DNA of 64,000 nt from the NCBI GenBank assembly GCA_964016885.1, contig OZ024743.1:174778001-174842000 (forward strand). The letters run 5' to 3'. The notes below the pieces were generated by a model, which was not told the DNA's origin, ran no database searches, and worked only from the letters and a program-made list of their open reading frames with translations. This document shows, piece by piece, positions 1 through 15,000 of this stretch. The number at the start of each line of letters is the position of its first letter. Position 1 is the first letter of the stretch. The position numbers and the translations under genes are program-made. Source of the DNA: Eledone cirrhosa (taxonomy: Eukaryota).

Positions 1-919
1 ATGAGATGTAGGAAGTCTTTCATATACTGTACCTGTTATATAGGATGTAGGTAGTCTTTGATATACTGTACCTGTTATATAGGATGTAGGTAGTCTTTGA
101 TACACTGTACCTGTTAAATAGGATGTAGGTAGTCTTTGATATACTGTACCTGTTATATAGGATGTTGGTAGTCTTTGATATACTGTACCTGTTATATAGG
201 ATGTAGGTAGTCTTTGATATACTGTACCTGTTATATAGGATATAGGTAGTCTTTGATATACTGTACCTGTTATATAGGATGTAGGTAGTGTTTGATATAC
301 TGTACCTGTTACATAGGATGTAGGTAGTCTTTGATATACTGTACCTGTTATACAGGATGTATGTAGTCTTTGGTATACTGTACCTGTTACATAGGATGTA
401 GGTAGTCTTTGATATACTGTACCTGTTATATAGGATGTAGGTAGTCTTTGATATACTGTACCTGTTATATAGGATGTAGGTAGTCTTTGATATACTGTAC
501 CTGTTATATAGGATGTAGGTAGTCTTTGATATACTGTAGCTGTTATATAGGATATAGGTAGTCTTTGATATACTGTACCTGTTATATAGGATGTAGGTAG
601 TCTTTGATATACTGTACCTGTTATATAGGATGTAGGTAGTCTTTGATATACTGTACCTGTTATATAGGATGTAGGTAGTCTTTGATATACTGTACCTGTT
701 ATATAGGATGTAGGTAGTCTTTGATATACTGTACCTGTTATATAGGATGTAGGTAGTCTTTGATATATTGTACCTATTATATGAGATGTAGGAAGTTTTT
801 GATATACTGTACCTGTTATATAGGATGTAGGTAGTCTTTGATATACTGTACCTGTTATATAGGATGTAGGTAGTCTTTGATATACTATACCTGTTATATA
901 GGATGTAGTCTTTGATATA

Positions 920-3900
920 CTGTACCTGTTATATAGGATGTAGGTAGTCTTTGATATACTGTACCTGTTATATGAGATGTAGGAAGTCTTTGATATACTG
1001 TACTTGTTATATAGGATGTAGGTAGTCCTTGATATACTGTACCTGTTATATAGGATGTAGGTAGTCTTTGATATACTATACCTCTTATATAGGATGTAGG
1101 TAGTCTTTGATATACTGTACCTGTTATATAGGATGTAGGTAGTCTTTGATATACTGTACCTGTTATATAGGATGTAGGTAGTCTTTGATATACTGTACCT
1201 CTTATATAGGATGTAGGTAGTCTTTGATATACTGTACCTGTTATATAGGATGTAGGTAGTCTTTGATATACTGTACCTGTTATATAGGATGTCGGTAGTC
1301 TTTGATATACTGTACCTGTTATATGACATGTAGGAAGTCTTTGATATACTGTACCTGTTATATGACATGTAGGAAGTCTTTGATATACTGTACCTTTTAT
1401 ATAGGATGTAGGTAGTCTTTGATATACTGTACCTGTTATATAGGATGTAGGTAGTCTTTGATATACTGTACCTGTTATATAGGATGTAGGTAGTGTTTGA
1501 TATACTGTACCTGTTACATAGGATGTATGTAGTCTTTGATATACTGTACCTGTTACATAGGTTGTAGGTAGTCTTTGATATACTGTACCTGTTATATAGG
1601 ATGTAGGTAGTCTTTGATATACTGTACCTGTTATATAGGATGTAGGTAGTCTTTGATATAATGTACCTGTTATATAGGATGTAGATAGTCTTTGATATAC
1701 TGTACCTGTTATATAGGATGTAGGTAGTCTTTGATATACTGTACCTGTTATATAGGATGTCGGTAGTCTTTGATATACTGTACCTGTTATATAGGATGTA
1801 GGTAGTCTTTGCTATACTCTACCTGTTATATATGATGTAGGTAGTCTTTGATATACTGTACCTGTTATATAGGATGTATGTAGTCTTTGATATACTGTAC
1901 CTGTTATATAGGATGTAGGTAGTCTTTGATATACTGTACCTGTTATATAGGATGTAGGTAGTCTTTGATATACTGTACCTGTTATATAGGATGTCGGTAG
2001 TCTTTGATATACTGTACCTGTTATATAGGGTGTAGGTAGTCATTGATATACTGTACCTGTTATATATGATGTAGGTAGTCTTTGATATACTGTACCTGTT
2101 ATATAGGATGTAGGTAGTCTTTGATATACTGTACCTGTTATATAGGATGTAGGTAGTCTTTGATATACTGTACCTGTTATATAGGATGTAGGTAGTCTTT
2201 GATATACTGTACCTGTTATATAGGTTGTAGGTAGTCTTTGATATACTGTACCTGTTATATAGGATGTAGGTAGTCTTTGATATACTGTACCTGTTATATA
2301 GGATGTAGGTAGTCTTTGATATACTGTACATGTTATATAGGATGTAGGTAGACTTTGATATACTGTACCTGTTACATAGGATGTAGGTAGTCTTTGATAT
2401 ACTGTACCTGTTACATAGGATGTAGGTAGTCTTTCATATACTGTACCTGTTATATAGGATGTAGGTAGTCTTTGATATACTGTACCTGTTATATAGGATG
2501 TAGGTAGTCTTTGATATACTGTACCTATTATATAGGATGTAGGTAGTCTTTGATATACTGTACCTGTTATATAGGATGTAGGTAGTCTTTGATATACTGT
2601 ACCTGTTATATAGGATGTAGGTAGTCTTTGATATACTGTACCTGTTATATAGGATGTAGGTAGTCTTTGATATACTGTACCTGTTATATAGGATGTAGGT
2701 AGTCTTTGAAATACTGTACCTATTATATGAGATGTAGGAAGTCTTTCATATACTGTACCTGTTATATAGGATGTAGGTAGTCTTTGATATACTGTACCTG
2801 TTATATAGGATGTAGGTAGTCTTTGATATACTGTACATGTTATATAGGATGTAAGTAGTCTTTGATATACTGTACCTGTTACATAGGATGTAGGTAGTCT
2901 TTGATATACTGTACCTGTTACATAGGATGTAGGTAGTCTTTCATATACTGTACCTGTTATATAGGATGTAGGTAGTCTTTGATATACTGTACCTGTTATA
3001 TAGGATGTAGGTAGTCTTTGATATACTGTACCTATTATATAGGATGTAGGTAGTCTTTGATATACTGTACCTGTTATATAGGATGTAGGTAGTCTTTGAT
3101 ATACTGTACCTGTTATATAGGATGTAGGTAGTCTTTGATATACTGTACCTGTTATATAGGATGTAGGTAGTCTTTGATATACTGTACCTGTTACATAGGA
3201 TGTAGGTAGTCTTTGATATACTGTACCTGTTATACAGGATGTATGTAGTCTTTGGTATACTGTACCTGTTACATAGGATGTAGGTAGTCTTTGATATACT
3301 GTACCTGTTATATAGGATGTAGGTAGTCTTTGATATACTGTACCTGTTATATAGGATGTAGGTAGTCTTTGATATACTGTACCTGTTATATAGGATGTAG
3401 GTAGTCTTTGATATACTGTAGCTGTTATATAGGATGTAGGTAGTCTTTGATATACTGTACCTGTTATATAGGATGTAGGTAGTCTTTGATATACTGTACC
3501 TGTTATATAGGATGTAGGTAGTCTTTGATATACTGTACCTGTTATATAGGATGTAGGTAGTCTTTGATATACTGTACCTGTTATATAGGATGTAGGTAGT
3601 CTTTGATATACTGTACCTGTTATATGAGATGTAGGAAGTCTTTGATATACTGTACTTGTTATATAGGATGTAGGTAGTCCTTGATATACTGTACCTGTTA
3701 TATAGGATGTAGGTAGTCTTTGATATACTATACCTCTTATATAGGATGTAGGTAGTCTTTGATATACTGTACCTGTTATATAGGATGTAGGTAGTCTTTG
3801 ATATACTGTACCTGTTATATAGGATGTAGGTAGTCTTTGATATACTGTACCTCTTATATAGGATGTAGGTAGTCTTTGATATACTGTACCTGTTATATAG

Positions 3901-6900
3901 GATGTAGGTAGTCTTTGATATACTGTACCTGTTATATAGGATGTCGGTAGTCTTTGATATACTGTACCTGTTATATGACATGTAGGAAGTCTTTGATATA
4001 CTGTACCTGTTATATGACATGTAGGAAGTCTTTGATATACTGTACCTTTTATATAGGATGTAGGTAGTCTTTGATATACTGTACCTGTTATATAGGATGT
4101 AGGTAGTCTTTGATATACTGTACCTGTTATATAGGATGTAGGTAGTGTTTGATATACTGTACCTGTTACATAGGATGTATGTAGTCTTTGATATACTGTA
4201 CCTGTTACATAGGTTGTAGGTAGTCTTTGATATACTGTACCTGTTATATAGGATGTAGGTAGTCTTTGATATACTGTACCTGTTATATAGGATGTAGGTA
4301 GTCTTTGATATAATGTACCTGTTATATAGGATGTAGATAGTCTTTGATATACTGTACCTGTTATATAGGATGTAGGTAGTCTTTGATATACTGTACCTGT
4401 TATATAGGATGTCGGTAGTCTTTGATATACTGTACCTGTTATATAGGATGTAGGTAGTCTTTGCTATACTCTACCTGTTATATATGATGTAGGTAGTCTT
4501 TGATATACTGTACCTGTTATATAGGATGTATGTAGTCTTTGATATACTGTACCTGTTATATAGGATGTAGGTAGTCTTTGATATACTGTACCTGTTATAT
4601 AGGATGTAGGTAGTCTTTGATATACTGTACCTGTTATATAGGATGTCGGTAGTCTTTGATATACTGTACCTGTTATATAGGGTGTAGGTAGTCATTGATA
4701 TACTGTACCTGTTATATATGATGTAGGTAGTCTTTGATATACTGTACCTGTTATATAGGATGTAGGTAGTCTTTGATATACTGTACCTGTTATATAGGAT
4801 GTAGGTAGTCTTTGATATACTGTACCTGTTATATAGGATGTAGGTAGTCTTTGATATACTGTACCTGTTATATAGGTTGTAGGTAGTCTTTGATATACTG
4901 TACCTGTTATATAGGATGTAGGTAGTCTTTGATATACTGTACCTGTTATATAGGATGTAGGTAGTCTTTGATATACTGTACATGTTATATAGGATGTAGG
5001 TAGACTTTGATATACTGTACCTGTTACATAGGATGTAGGTAGTCTTTGATATACTGTACCTGTTACATAGGATGTAGGTAGTCTTTCATATACTGTACCT
5101 GTTATATAGGATGTAGGTAGTCTTTGATATACTGTACCTGTTATATAGGATGTAGGTAGTCTTTGATATACTGTACCTATTATATAGGATGTAGGTAGTC
5201 TTTGATATACTGTACCTGTTATATAGGATGTAGGTAGTCTTTGATATACTGTACCTGTTATATAGGATGTAGGTAGTCTTTGATATACTGTACCTGTTAT
5301 ATAGGATGTAGGTAGTCTTTGATATACTGTACCTGTTATATAGGATGTAGGTAGTCTTTGAAATACTGTACCTATTATATGAGATGTAGGAAGTCTTTCA
5401 TATACTGTACCTGTTATATAGGATGTAGGTAGTCTTTGATATACTGTACCTGTTATATAGGATGTAGGTAGTGTTTGATATACTGTACCTGTTACATAGG
5501 ATGTATGTAGTCTTTGATATACTGTACCTGTTACATAGGTTGTAGGTAGTCTTTGATATACTGTACCTGTTATATAGGATGTAGGTAGTCTTTGATATAC
5601 TGTACCTGTTATATAGGATGTAGGTAGTCTTTGATATAATGTACCTGTTATATAGGATGTAGATAGTCTTTGATATACTGTACCTGTTATATAGGATGTA
5701 GGTAGTCTTTGATATACTGTACCTGTTATATAGGATGTCGGTAGTCTTTGATATACTGTACCTGTTATATAGGATGTAGGTAGTCTTTGCTATACTCTAC
5801 CTGTTATATATGATGTAGGTAGTCTTTGATATACTGTACCTGTTATATAGGATGTATGTAGTCTTTGATATACTGTACCTGTTATATAGGATGTAGGTAG
5901 TCTTTGATATACTGTACCTGTTATATAGGATGTAGGTAGTCTTTGATATACTGTACCTGTTATATAGGATGTCGGTAGTCTTTGATATACTGTACCTGTT
6001 ATATAGGGTGTAGGTAGTCATTGATATACTGTACCTGTTATATATGATGTAGGTAGTCTTTGATATACTGTACCTGTTATATAGGATGTAGGTAGTCTTT
6101 GATATACTGTACCTGTTATATAGGATGTAGGTAGTCTTTGATATACTGTACCTGTTATATAGGATGTAGGTAGTCTTTGATATACTGTACCTGTTATATA
6201 GGTTGTAGGTAGTCTTTGATATACTGTACCTGTTATATAGGATGTAGGTAGTCTTTGATATACTGTACCTGTTATATAGGATGTAGGTAGTCTTTGATAT
6301 ACTGTACATGTTATATAGGATGTAGGTAGACTTTGATATACTGTACCTGTTACATAGGATGTAGGTAGTCTTTGATATACTGTACCTGTTACATAGGATG
6401 TAGGTAGTCTTTCATATACTGTACCTGTTATATAGGATGTAGGTAGTCTTTGATATACTGTACCTGTTATATAGGATGTAGGTAGTCTTTGATATACTGT
6501 ACCTATTATATAGGATGTAGGTAGTCTTTGATATACTGTACCTGTTATATAGGATGTAGGTAGTCTTTGATATACTGTACCTGTTATATAGGATGTAGGT
6601 AGTCTTTGATATACTGTACCTGTTATATAGGATGTAGGTAGTCTTTGATATACTGTACCTGTTATATAGGATGTAGGTAGTCTTTGAAATACTGTACCTA
6701 TTATATGAGATGTAGGAAGTCTTTCATATACTGTACCTGTTATATAGGATGTAGGTAGTCTTTGATATACTGTACCTGTTATATAGGATGTAGGTAGTCT
6801 TTGATATACTGTACATGTTATATAGGATGTAAGTAGTCTTTGATATACTGTACCTGTTACATAGGATGTAGGTAGTCTTTGATATACTGTACCTGTTACA

Positions 6901-6920
6901 TAGGATGTAGGTAGTCTTTC
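920..6920. repeat. Higher-order duplication A-B-A-A-B' with periods 2652 bp (68 monomers) and 1326 bp (34 monomers)
   Basis: Identical 170-aa ORFs at 1819, 4471 and 5797 (offsets 2652 and 1326). The variant GTAGACTTTG is at ~2351, 5003 and 6329. ATACTATACCTCTT is at ~1073 and 3725. GTAAGTAG is at ~2851 and 6829 (offset 3978 = 102 x 39). Confidence 0.85.
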
Positions 6921-9059
6921 ATATACTGTACCTGTTATATAGGATGTAGGTAGTCTTTGATATACTGTACCTGTTAAATAGGATGTAGGTAGTCTTTGAT
7001 ATACTGTACCTATTATATAGGATGTAGGTAGTCTTTGATATACTGTACCTGTTATATAGGATGTAGGTAGTCTTTGATATACTGTACCTGTTATATAGGA
7101 TGTAGGTAGTCTTTGATATACTGTACCTGTTATATAGGGTGTAGGTAGTCTTTGATATACTGTACCTGTTACATAGGATGTAGGTAGTCTTTGATATACT
7201 GTACCTGTTATACAGGATGTATGTAGTCTTTGGTATACTGTACCTGTTACATAGGATGTAGGTAGTCTTTGATATACTGTACCTGTTATATAGGATGTAG
7301 GTAGTCTTTGATATACTGTACCTGTTATATAGGATGTAGGTAGTGTTTGATATACTGTACCTGTTATATAGGATGTAGGTAGTCTTTGATATACTGTAGC
7401 TGTTATATAGGATGTAGGTAGTCTTTGATATACTGTACCTGTTATATAGGATGTAGGTAGTCTTTGATATACTGTACCTGTTATATAGGATGTAGGTAGT
7501 CTTTGATATACTGTACCTGTTATATAGGATGTAGGTAGTCTTTGATATACTGTACCTGTTATATAGGATGTAGGTAGTCTTTGATATACTGTACCTGTTA
7601 TATAGGATGTAGGTAGTCTTTGATATACTGTACCTATTATATGAGATGTAGGTAGTCTTTGATATACTGTACCTGTTATATAGGATGTAGGTAGTCTTTG
7701 ATATACTGTACCTGTTATATAGGATGTAGGTAGTCCTTGATATACTGTACCTGTTATATAGGATGTAGGTAGTCTTTGATATACTGTACCTCTTATATAG
7801 GATGTAGGTAGTCTTTGATATACTGTACCTGTTATATAGGATGTAGGTAGTCTTTGATATACTGTACCTGTTATATAGGATGTAGGTAGTCTTTGATATA
7901 CTGTACCTCTTATATAGGATGTAGGTAGTCTTTGATATACTGTACCTGTTATATAGGATGTAGGTAGTCTTTGATATACTGTACCTGTTATATAGGATGT
8001 CGGTAGTCTTTGATATACTGTACCTGTTATATGACATGTAGGAAGTCTTTGATATACTGTACCTGTTATATGACATGTAGGAAGTCTTTGATATACTGTA
8101 CCTTTTATATAGGATGTAGGTAGTCTTTGATATACTGTACCTGTTATATAGGATGTAGGTAGTCTTTGATATACTGTACCTGTTATATAGGATGTAGGTA
8201 GTGTTTGATATACTGTACCTGTTATATAGGATGTATGTAGTCTTTGATATACTGTACCTGTTACATAGGTTGTAGGTAGTCTTTGATATACTGTACCTGT
8301 TATATAGGATGTAGGTAGTCTTTGATATACTGTACCTGTTATATAGGATGTAGGTAGTCTTTGATATAATGTACCTGTTATATAGGATGTAGATAGTCTT
8401 TGATATACTGTACCTGTTATATAGGATGTAGGTAGTCTTTGATATACTGTACCTGTTATATAGGATGTCGGTAGTCTTTGATATACTGTACCTGTTATAT
8501 AGGATGTAGGTAGTCTTTGCTATACTCTACATGTTATATATGATGTAGGTAGTCTTTGATATACTGTACCTGTTATATAGGATGTATGTAGTCTTTGATA
8601 TACTGTACCTGTTATATAGGATGTAGGTAGTCTTTGATATACTGTACCTGTTATATAGGATGTCGGTAGTCTTTGATATACTGTACCTGTTATATAGGGT
8701 GTAGGTAGTCATTGATATACTGTACCTGTTATATATGATGTAGGTAGTCTTTGATAAACTGTACCTGTTACATAGGATGTATGTAGTCTTTGATATACTG
8801 TACCTGTTATATAGGATGTAGGTAGTCTTTGATATACTGTACCTGTTATATAGGATGTAGGTAGTCTTTGATATACTGTACCTGTTATATAGGATGTAGG
8901 TAATCTTTGATATAATGTACCTGTTATATAGGATGTATGTAGTCTTTGATATACTGTACCTGTTATATAGGATGTAGGTAGTCTTTGATATACTGTACCT
9001 GTTATATAGGATGTAGGTAGTCTTTGATATACTGTACCTGTTATATAGAATGTAGGTAG

Positions 9060-12000
9060 TCTTTGATATACTGTACCTGTTATATAGGATGTAGGTAGTC
9101 TTTGATATACTGTACCTGTTACATAGGATGTAGGTAGTCTTTGATATACTGTACCTTTTATATAGGATGTAGGTAGTCTTTGATATACTGTACCTGTTAT
9201 ATAGGATGTAGGTAGTCTTTGATATACTGTACCTGTTATATAGGATGTCGGTAGTCTTTGATATACTGTACCTGTTATATATGATGTAGGTAGTCTTTGA
9301 TATACTGTACCTGTTACATAGGATGTAGGTAGTCTTTGATATACTGTACCTGTTACATGAGATGTAGGAAGTCTTTGATATACTGTACCTGTTATATAGG
9401 ATGTAGGTAGTCTTTGATATACTGTACCTGTTATATAGGATGTAGGTAGTCTTTGATATACTGTACCTGTTATATAGGATGTAGGTAGTGTTTGATATAC
9501 TGTATCTGTTATATAGGATGTAGGTAGTCTTTGATATACTGTACCTGTTATATAGGATGTAGGTAGTGTTTGATATACTGTACCTGTTATATAGGATGTA
9601 GGTAGTGTTTGATATACTGTACCTGTTATATATGTTGTAGGTAGTCTTTGATATACTGTACCTGTTATATAGGATGTAGGTAGTCTTTGATATACTGTAC
9701 CTGTTATATAGGATGTAGGTAGTCTTTGATATACTGTACCTGTTATATAGGATGTAGGTAGTCTTTGATATACTGTACCTGTTATATAGGATGTACGTAG
9801 TCTTTGATATACTGTACCTGTTATATGAGATGTATGAAGTCTTTGATATACTGTACCTGTTATATAGGATGTAGGTAGTCTTTGATATACTGTACCTGTT
9901 ATATAGGATGTAGGTCGTTTTTGATATACTGTACCTGTTATATAGGATGTAGGTAGTCTTTGATATACTGTACCTGTTATATAGGATGTAGGTAGTCTTT
10001 GATATAATGTACCTGTTATATAGGATGTAGGTAGTCTTTGATATACTGTACCTGTTATATGGGATGTCGGTAGTCTTTGATATACTGTACCTGTTATATA
10101 GGATGTAGGTAGTCTTTGATATACTGTACCTGTTATATGTGATGTAGGTAGTCTTTGATATACTGTACCAGTTATATAGGATGTATGTAGTCTTTGATAT
10201 ACTGTACCTGTTATATAGGATGTAGGTAGTCTTTGATATACTATACCTGTTATATAGGATGTAGTCTTTGATATACTGTACCTGTTATATAGGATGTAGG
10301 TAGTCTTTGATATACTGTACCTGTTATATAGGATGTAGGTAGTCTTTGATATACTGTACCTGTTATATAGGATGTAGGTAGTCTTTGATATACTGTACCT
10401 ATTATATGAGATGTAGGAAGTTTTTGATATACTGTACCTGTTATATAGGATGTAGGTAGTCTTTGATATACTGTACCTGTTATATAGGATGTAGGTAGTC
10501 TTTGATATACTATACCTGTTATATAGGATGTAGTCTTTGATATACTGTACCTGTTATATAGGATGTAGGTAGTCTTTGATATACTGTACCTGTTATATGA
10601 GATGTAGGAAGTCTTTGATATACTGTACTTGTTATATAGGATGTAGGTAGTCCTTGATATACTGTACCTGTTATATAGGATGTAGGTAGTCTTTGATATA
10701 CTGTACCTCTTATATAGGATGTAGGTAGTCTTTGATATACTGTACCTGTTATATAGGATGTAGGTAGTCTTTGATATACTGTACCTGTTATATAGGATGT
10801 AGGTAGTCTTTGATATACTGTACCTCTTATATAGGATGTAGGTAGTCTTTGATATACTGTACCTGTTATATAGGATGTAGGTAGTCTTTGATATACTGTA
10901 CCTGTTATATAGGATGTCGGTAGTCTTTGATATACTGTACCTGTTATATGACATGTAGGAAGTCTTTGATATACTGTACCTGTTATATGACATGTAGGAA
11001 GTCTTTGATATACTGTACCTTTTATATAGGATGTAGGTAGTCTTTGATATACTGTACCTGTTATATAGGATGTAGGTAGTCTTTGATATACTGTACCTGT
11101 TATATAGGATGTAGGTAGTGTTTGATATACTGTACCTGTTACATAGGATGTATGTAGTCTTTGATATACTGTACCTGTTACATAGGTTGTAGGTAGTCTT
11201 TGATATACTGTACCTGTTATATAGGATGTAGGTAGTCTTTGATATACTGTACCTGTTATATAGGATGTAGGTAGTCTTTGATATAATGTACCTGTTATAT
11301 AGGATGTAGATAGTCTTTGATATACTGTACCTGTTATATAGGATGTAGGTAGTCTTTGATATACTGTACCTGTTATATAGGATGTCGGTAGTCTTTGATA
11401 TACTGTACCTGTTATATAGGATGTAGGTAGTCTTTGCTATACTCTACCTGTTATATATGATGTAGGTAGTCTTTGATATACTGTACCTGTTATATAGGAT
11501 GTATGTAGTCTTTGATATACTGTACCTGTTATATAGGATGTAGGTAGTCTTTGATATACTGTACCTGTTATATAGGATGTAGGTAGTCTTTGATATACTG
11601 TACCTGTTATATAGGATGTCGGTAGTCTTTGATATACTGTACCTGTTATATAGGGTGTAGGTAGTCATTGATATACTGTACCTGTTATATATGATGTAGG
11701 TAGTCTTTGATATACTGTACCTGTTATATAGGATGTAGGTAGTCTTTGATATACTGTACCTGTTATATAGGATGTAGGTAGTCTTTGATATACTGTACCT
11801 GTTATATAGGATGTAGGTAGTCTTTGATATACTGTACCTGTTATATAGGATGTAGGTAGTCTTTGATATACTGTACCTGTTATATAGGATGTAGGTAGTC
11901 TTTGATATACTGTACCTGTTATATAGGATGTAGGTAGTCTTTGATATACTGTACATGTTATATAGGATGTAGGTAGTCTTTGATATACTGTACCTGTTAC

Positions 12001-15000
12001 ATAGGATGTAGGTAGTCTTTGATATACTGTACCTGTTACATAGGATGTAGGTAGTCTTTCATATACTGTACCTGTTATATAGGATGTAGGTAGTCTTTGA
12101 TATACTGTACCTGTTATATAGGATGTAGGTAGTCTTTGATATACTGTACCTATTATATAGGATGTAGGTAGTCTTTGATATACTGTACCTGTTATATAGG
12201 ATGTAGGTAGTCTTTGATATACTGTACCTGTTATATAGGATGTAGGTAGTCTTTGATATACTGTACCTGTTATATAGGATGTAGGTAGTCTTTGATATAC
12301 TGTACCTGTTACATAGGATGTAGGTAGTCTTTGATATACTGTACCTTTTATATAGGATGTAGGTAGTCTTTGATATACTGTACCTGTTATATAGGATGTA
12401 GGTAGTCTTTGATATACTGTACCTGTTATATAGGATGTCGGTAGTCTTTGATATACTGTACCTGTTATATATGATGTAGGTAGTCTTTGATATACTGTAC
12501 CTGTTACATAGGATGTAGGTAGTCTTTGATATACTGTACCTGTTACATGAGATGTAGGAAGTCTTTGATATACTGTACCTGTTATATAGGATGTAGGTAG
12601 TCTTTGATATACTGTACCTGTTATATAGGATGTAGGTAGTCTTTGATATACTGTACCTGTTATATAGGATGTAGGTAGTGTTTGATATACCGTATCTGTT
12701 ATATAGGATGTAGGTAGTCTTTGATATACTGTACCTGTTATATAGGATGTAGGTAGTGTTTGATATACTGTACCTGTTATATAGGATGTAGGTAGTGTTT
12801 GATATACTGTACCTGTTATATATGTTGTAGGTAGTCTTTGATATACTGTACCTGTTATATAGGATGTAGGTAGTCTTTGATATACTGTACCTGTTATATA
12901 GGATGTAGGTAGTCTTTGATATACTGTACCTGTTATATAGGATGTAGGTAGTCTTTGATATACTGTACCTGTTATATAGGATGTACGTAGTCTTTGATAT
13001 ACTGTACCTGTTATATGAGATGTATGAAGTCTTTGATATACTGTACCTGTTATATAGGATGTAGGTAGTCTTTGATATACTGTACCTGTTATATAGGATG
13101 TAGGTAGTTTTTAATATACTGTACCTGTTATATAGGATGTAGGTAGTCTTTGATATACTGTACCTGTTATATAGGATGTAGGTAGTCTTTGATATACTGT
13201 ACCTGTTATATAGGATGTAGGTAGTCTTTGATATACTGTACCTGTTATATGGGATGTCGGTAGTCTTTGATATACTGTACCTGTTATATAGGATGTAGGT
13301 AGTCTTTGATATACTGTACCTGTTATATGTGATGTAGGTAGTCTTTGATATACTGTACCAGTTATATAGGATGTATGTAGTCTTTGATATACTGTACCTG
13401 TTATATAGGATGTAGGTAGTCTTTGATATACTGTACCTGTTATATAGGATGTAGGTAGTCTTTGATATACTGTACCTGTTATATAGGATGTCGGTAGTCT
13501 TTGATATACTGTACCTGTTATATAGGATGTAGGTAGTTTTGATATACTGTACCTGTTATATATGATGTAGGTAGTCTTTGATATACCGTACCTGTTACAT
13601 AGGATGTATGTAGTCTTTGATATACTGTACCTGTTATATAGAATGTAGGTAGTCTTTGATATACTGTACCTGTTACATAGGATGTAGGTAGTCTTTGATA
13701 TACTGTACCTGTTATATAGGATGTCGGTAGTCTTTGATATACTGTACCTGTTATATAGGATGTAGGTAGTCTTTGATATACTATACCTGTTATATAGGAT
13801 GTAGTCTTTGATATACTGTACCTGTTATATAGGATGTAGGTAGTCTTTGATATACTGTACCTGTTATATAGGATGTAGGTAGTCTTTGATATACTGTACC
13901 TGTTATATAGGATGTAGGTAGTCTTTGATATACTGTACCTATTATATGAGATGTAGGAAGTTTTTGATATACTGTACCTGTTATATAGGATGTAGGTAGT
14001 CTTTGATATACTGTACCTGTTATATAGGATGTAGGTAGTCTTTGATATACTATACCTGTTATATAGGATGTAGTCTTTGATATACTGTACCTGTTATATA
14101 GGATGTAGGTAGTCTTTGATATACTGTACCTGTTATATGAGATGTAGGAAGTCTTTGATATACTGTACTTGTTATATAGGATGTAGGTAGTCCTTGATAT
14201 ACTGTACCTGTTATATAGGATGTAGGTAGTCTTTGATATACTGTACCTCTTATATAGGATGTAGGTAGTCTTTGATATACTGTACCTGTTATATAGGATG
14301 TAGGTAGTCTTTGATATACTGTACCTGTTATATAGGATGTAGGTAGTCTTTGATATACTGTACCTCTTATATAGGATGTAGGTAGTCTTTGATATACTGT
14401 ACCTGTTATATAGGATGTAGGTAGTCTTTGATATACTGTACCTGTTATATAGGATGTCGGTAGTCTTTGATATACTGTACCTGTTATATGACATGTAGGA
14501 AGTCTTTGATATACTGTACCTGTTATATGACATGTAGGAAGTCTTTGATATACTGTACCTTTTATATAGGATGTAGGTAGTCTTTGATATACTGTACCTG
14601 TTACATAGGATGTAGGTAGTCTTTGATATACTGTACCTTTTATATAGGATGTAGGTAGTCTTTGATATACTGTACCTGTTATATAGGATGTAGGTAGTCT
14701 TTGATATACTGTACCTGTTATATAGGATGTCGGTAGTCTTTGATATACTGTACCTGTTATATATGATGTAGGTAGTCTTTGATATACTGTACCTGTTACA
14801 TAGGATGTAGGTAGTCTTTGATATACTGTACCTGTTACATGAGATGTAGGAAGTCTTTGATATACTGTACCTGTTATATAGGATGTAGGTAGTCTTTGAT
14901 ATACTGTACCTGTTATATAGGATGTAGGTAGTCTTTGATATACTGTACCTGTTATATACGATGTAGGTAGTGTTTGATATACCGTATCTGTTATATAGGA

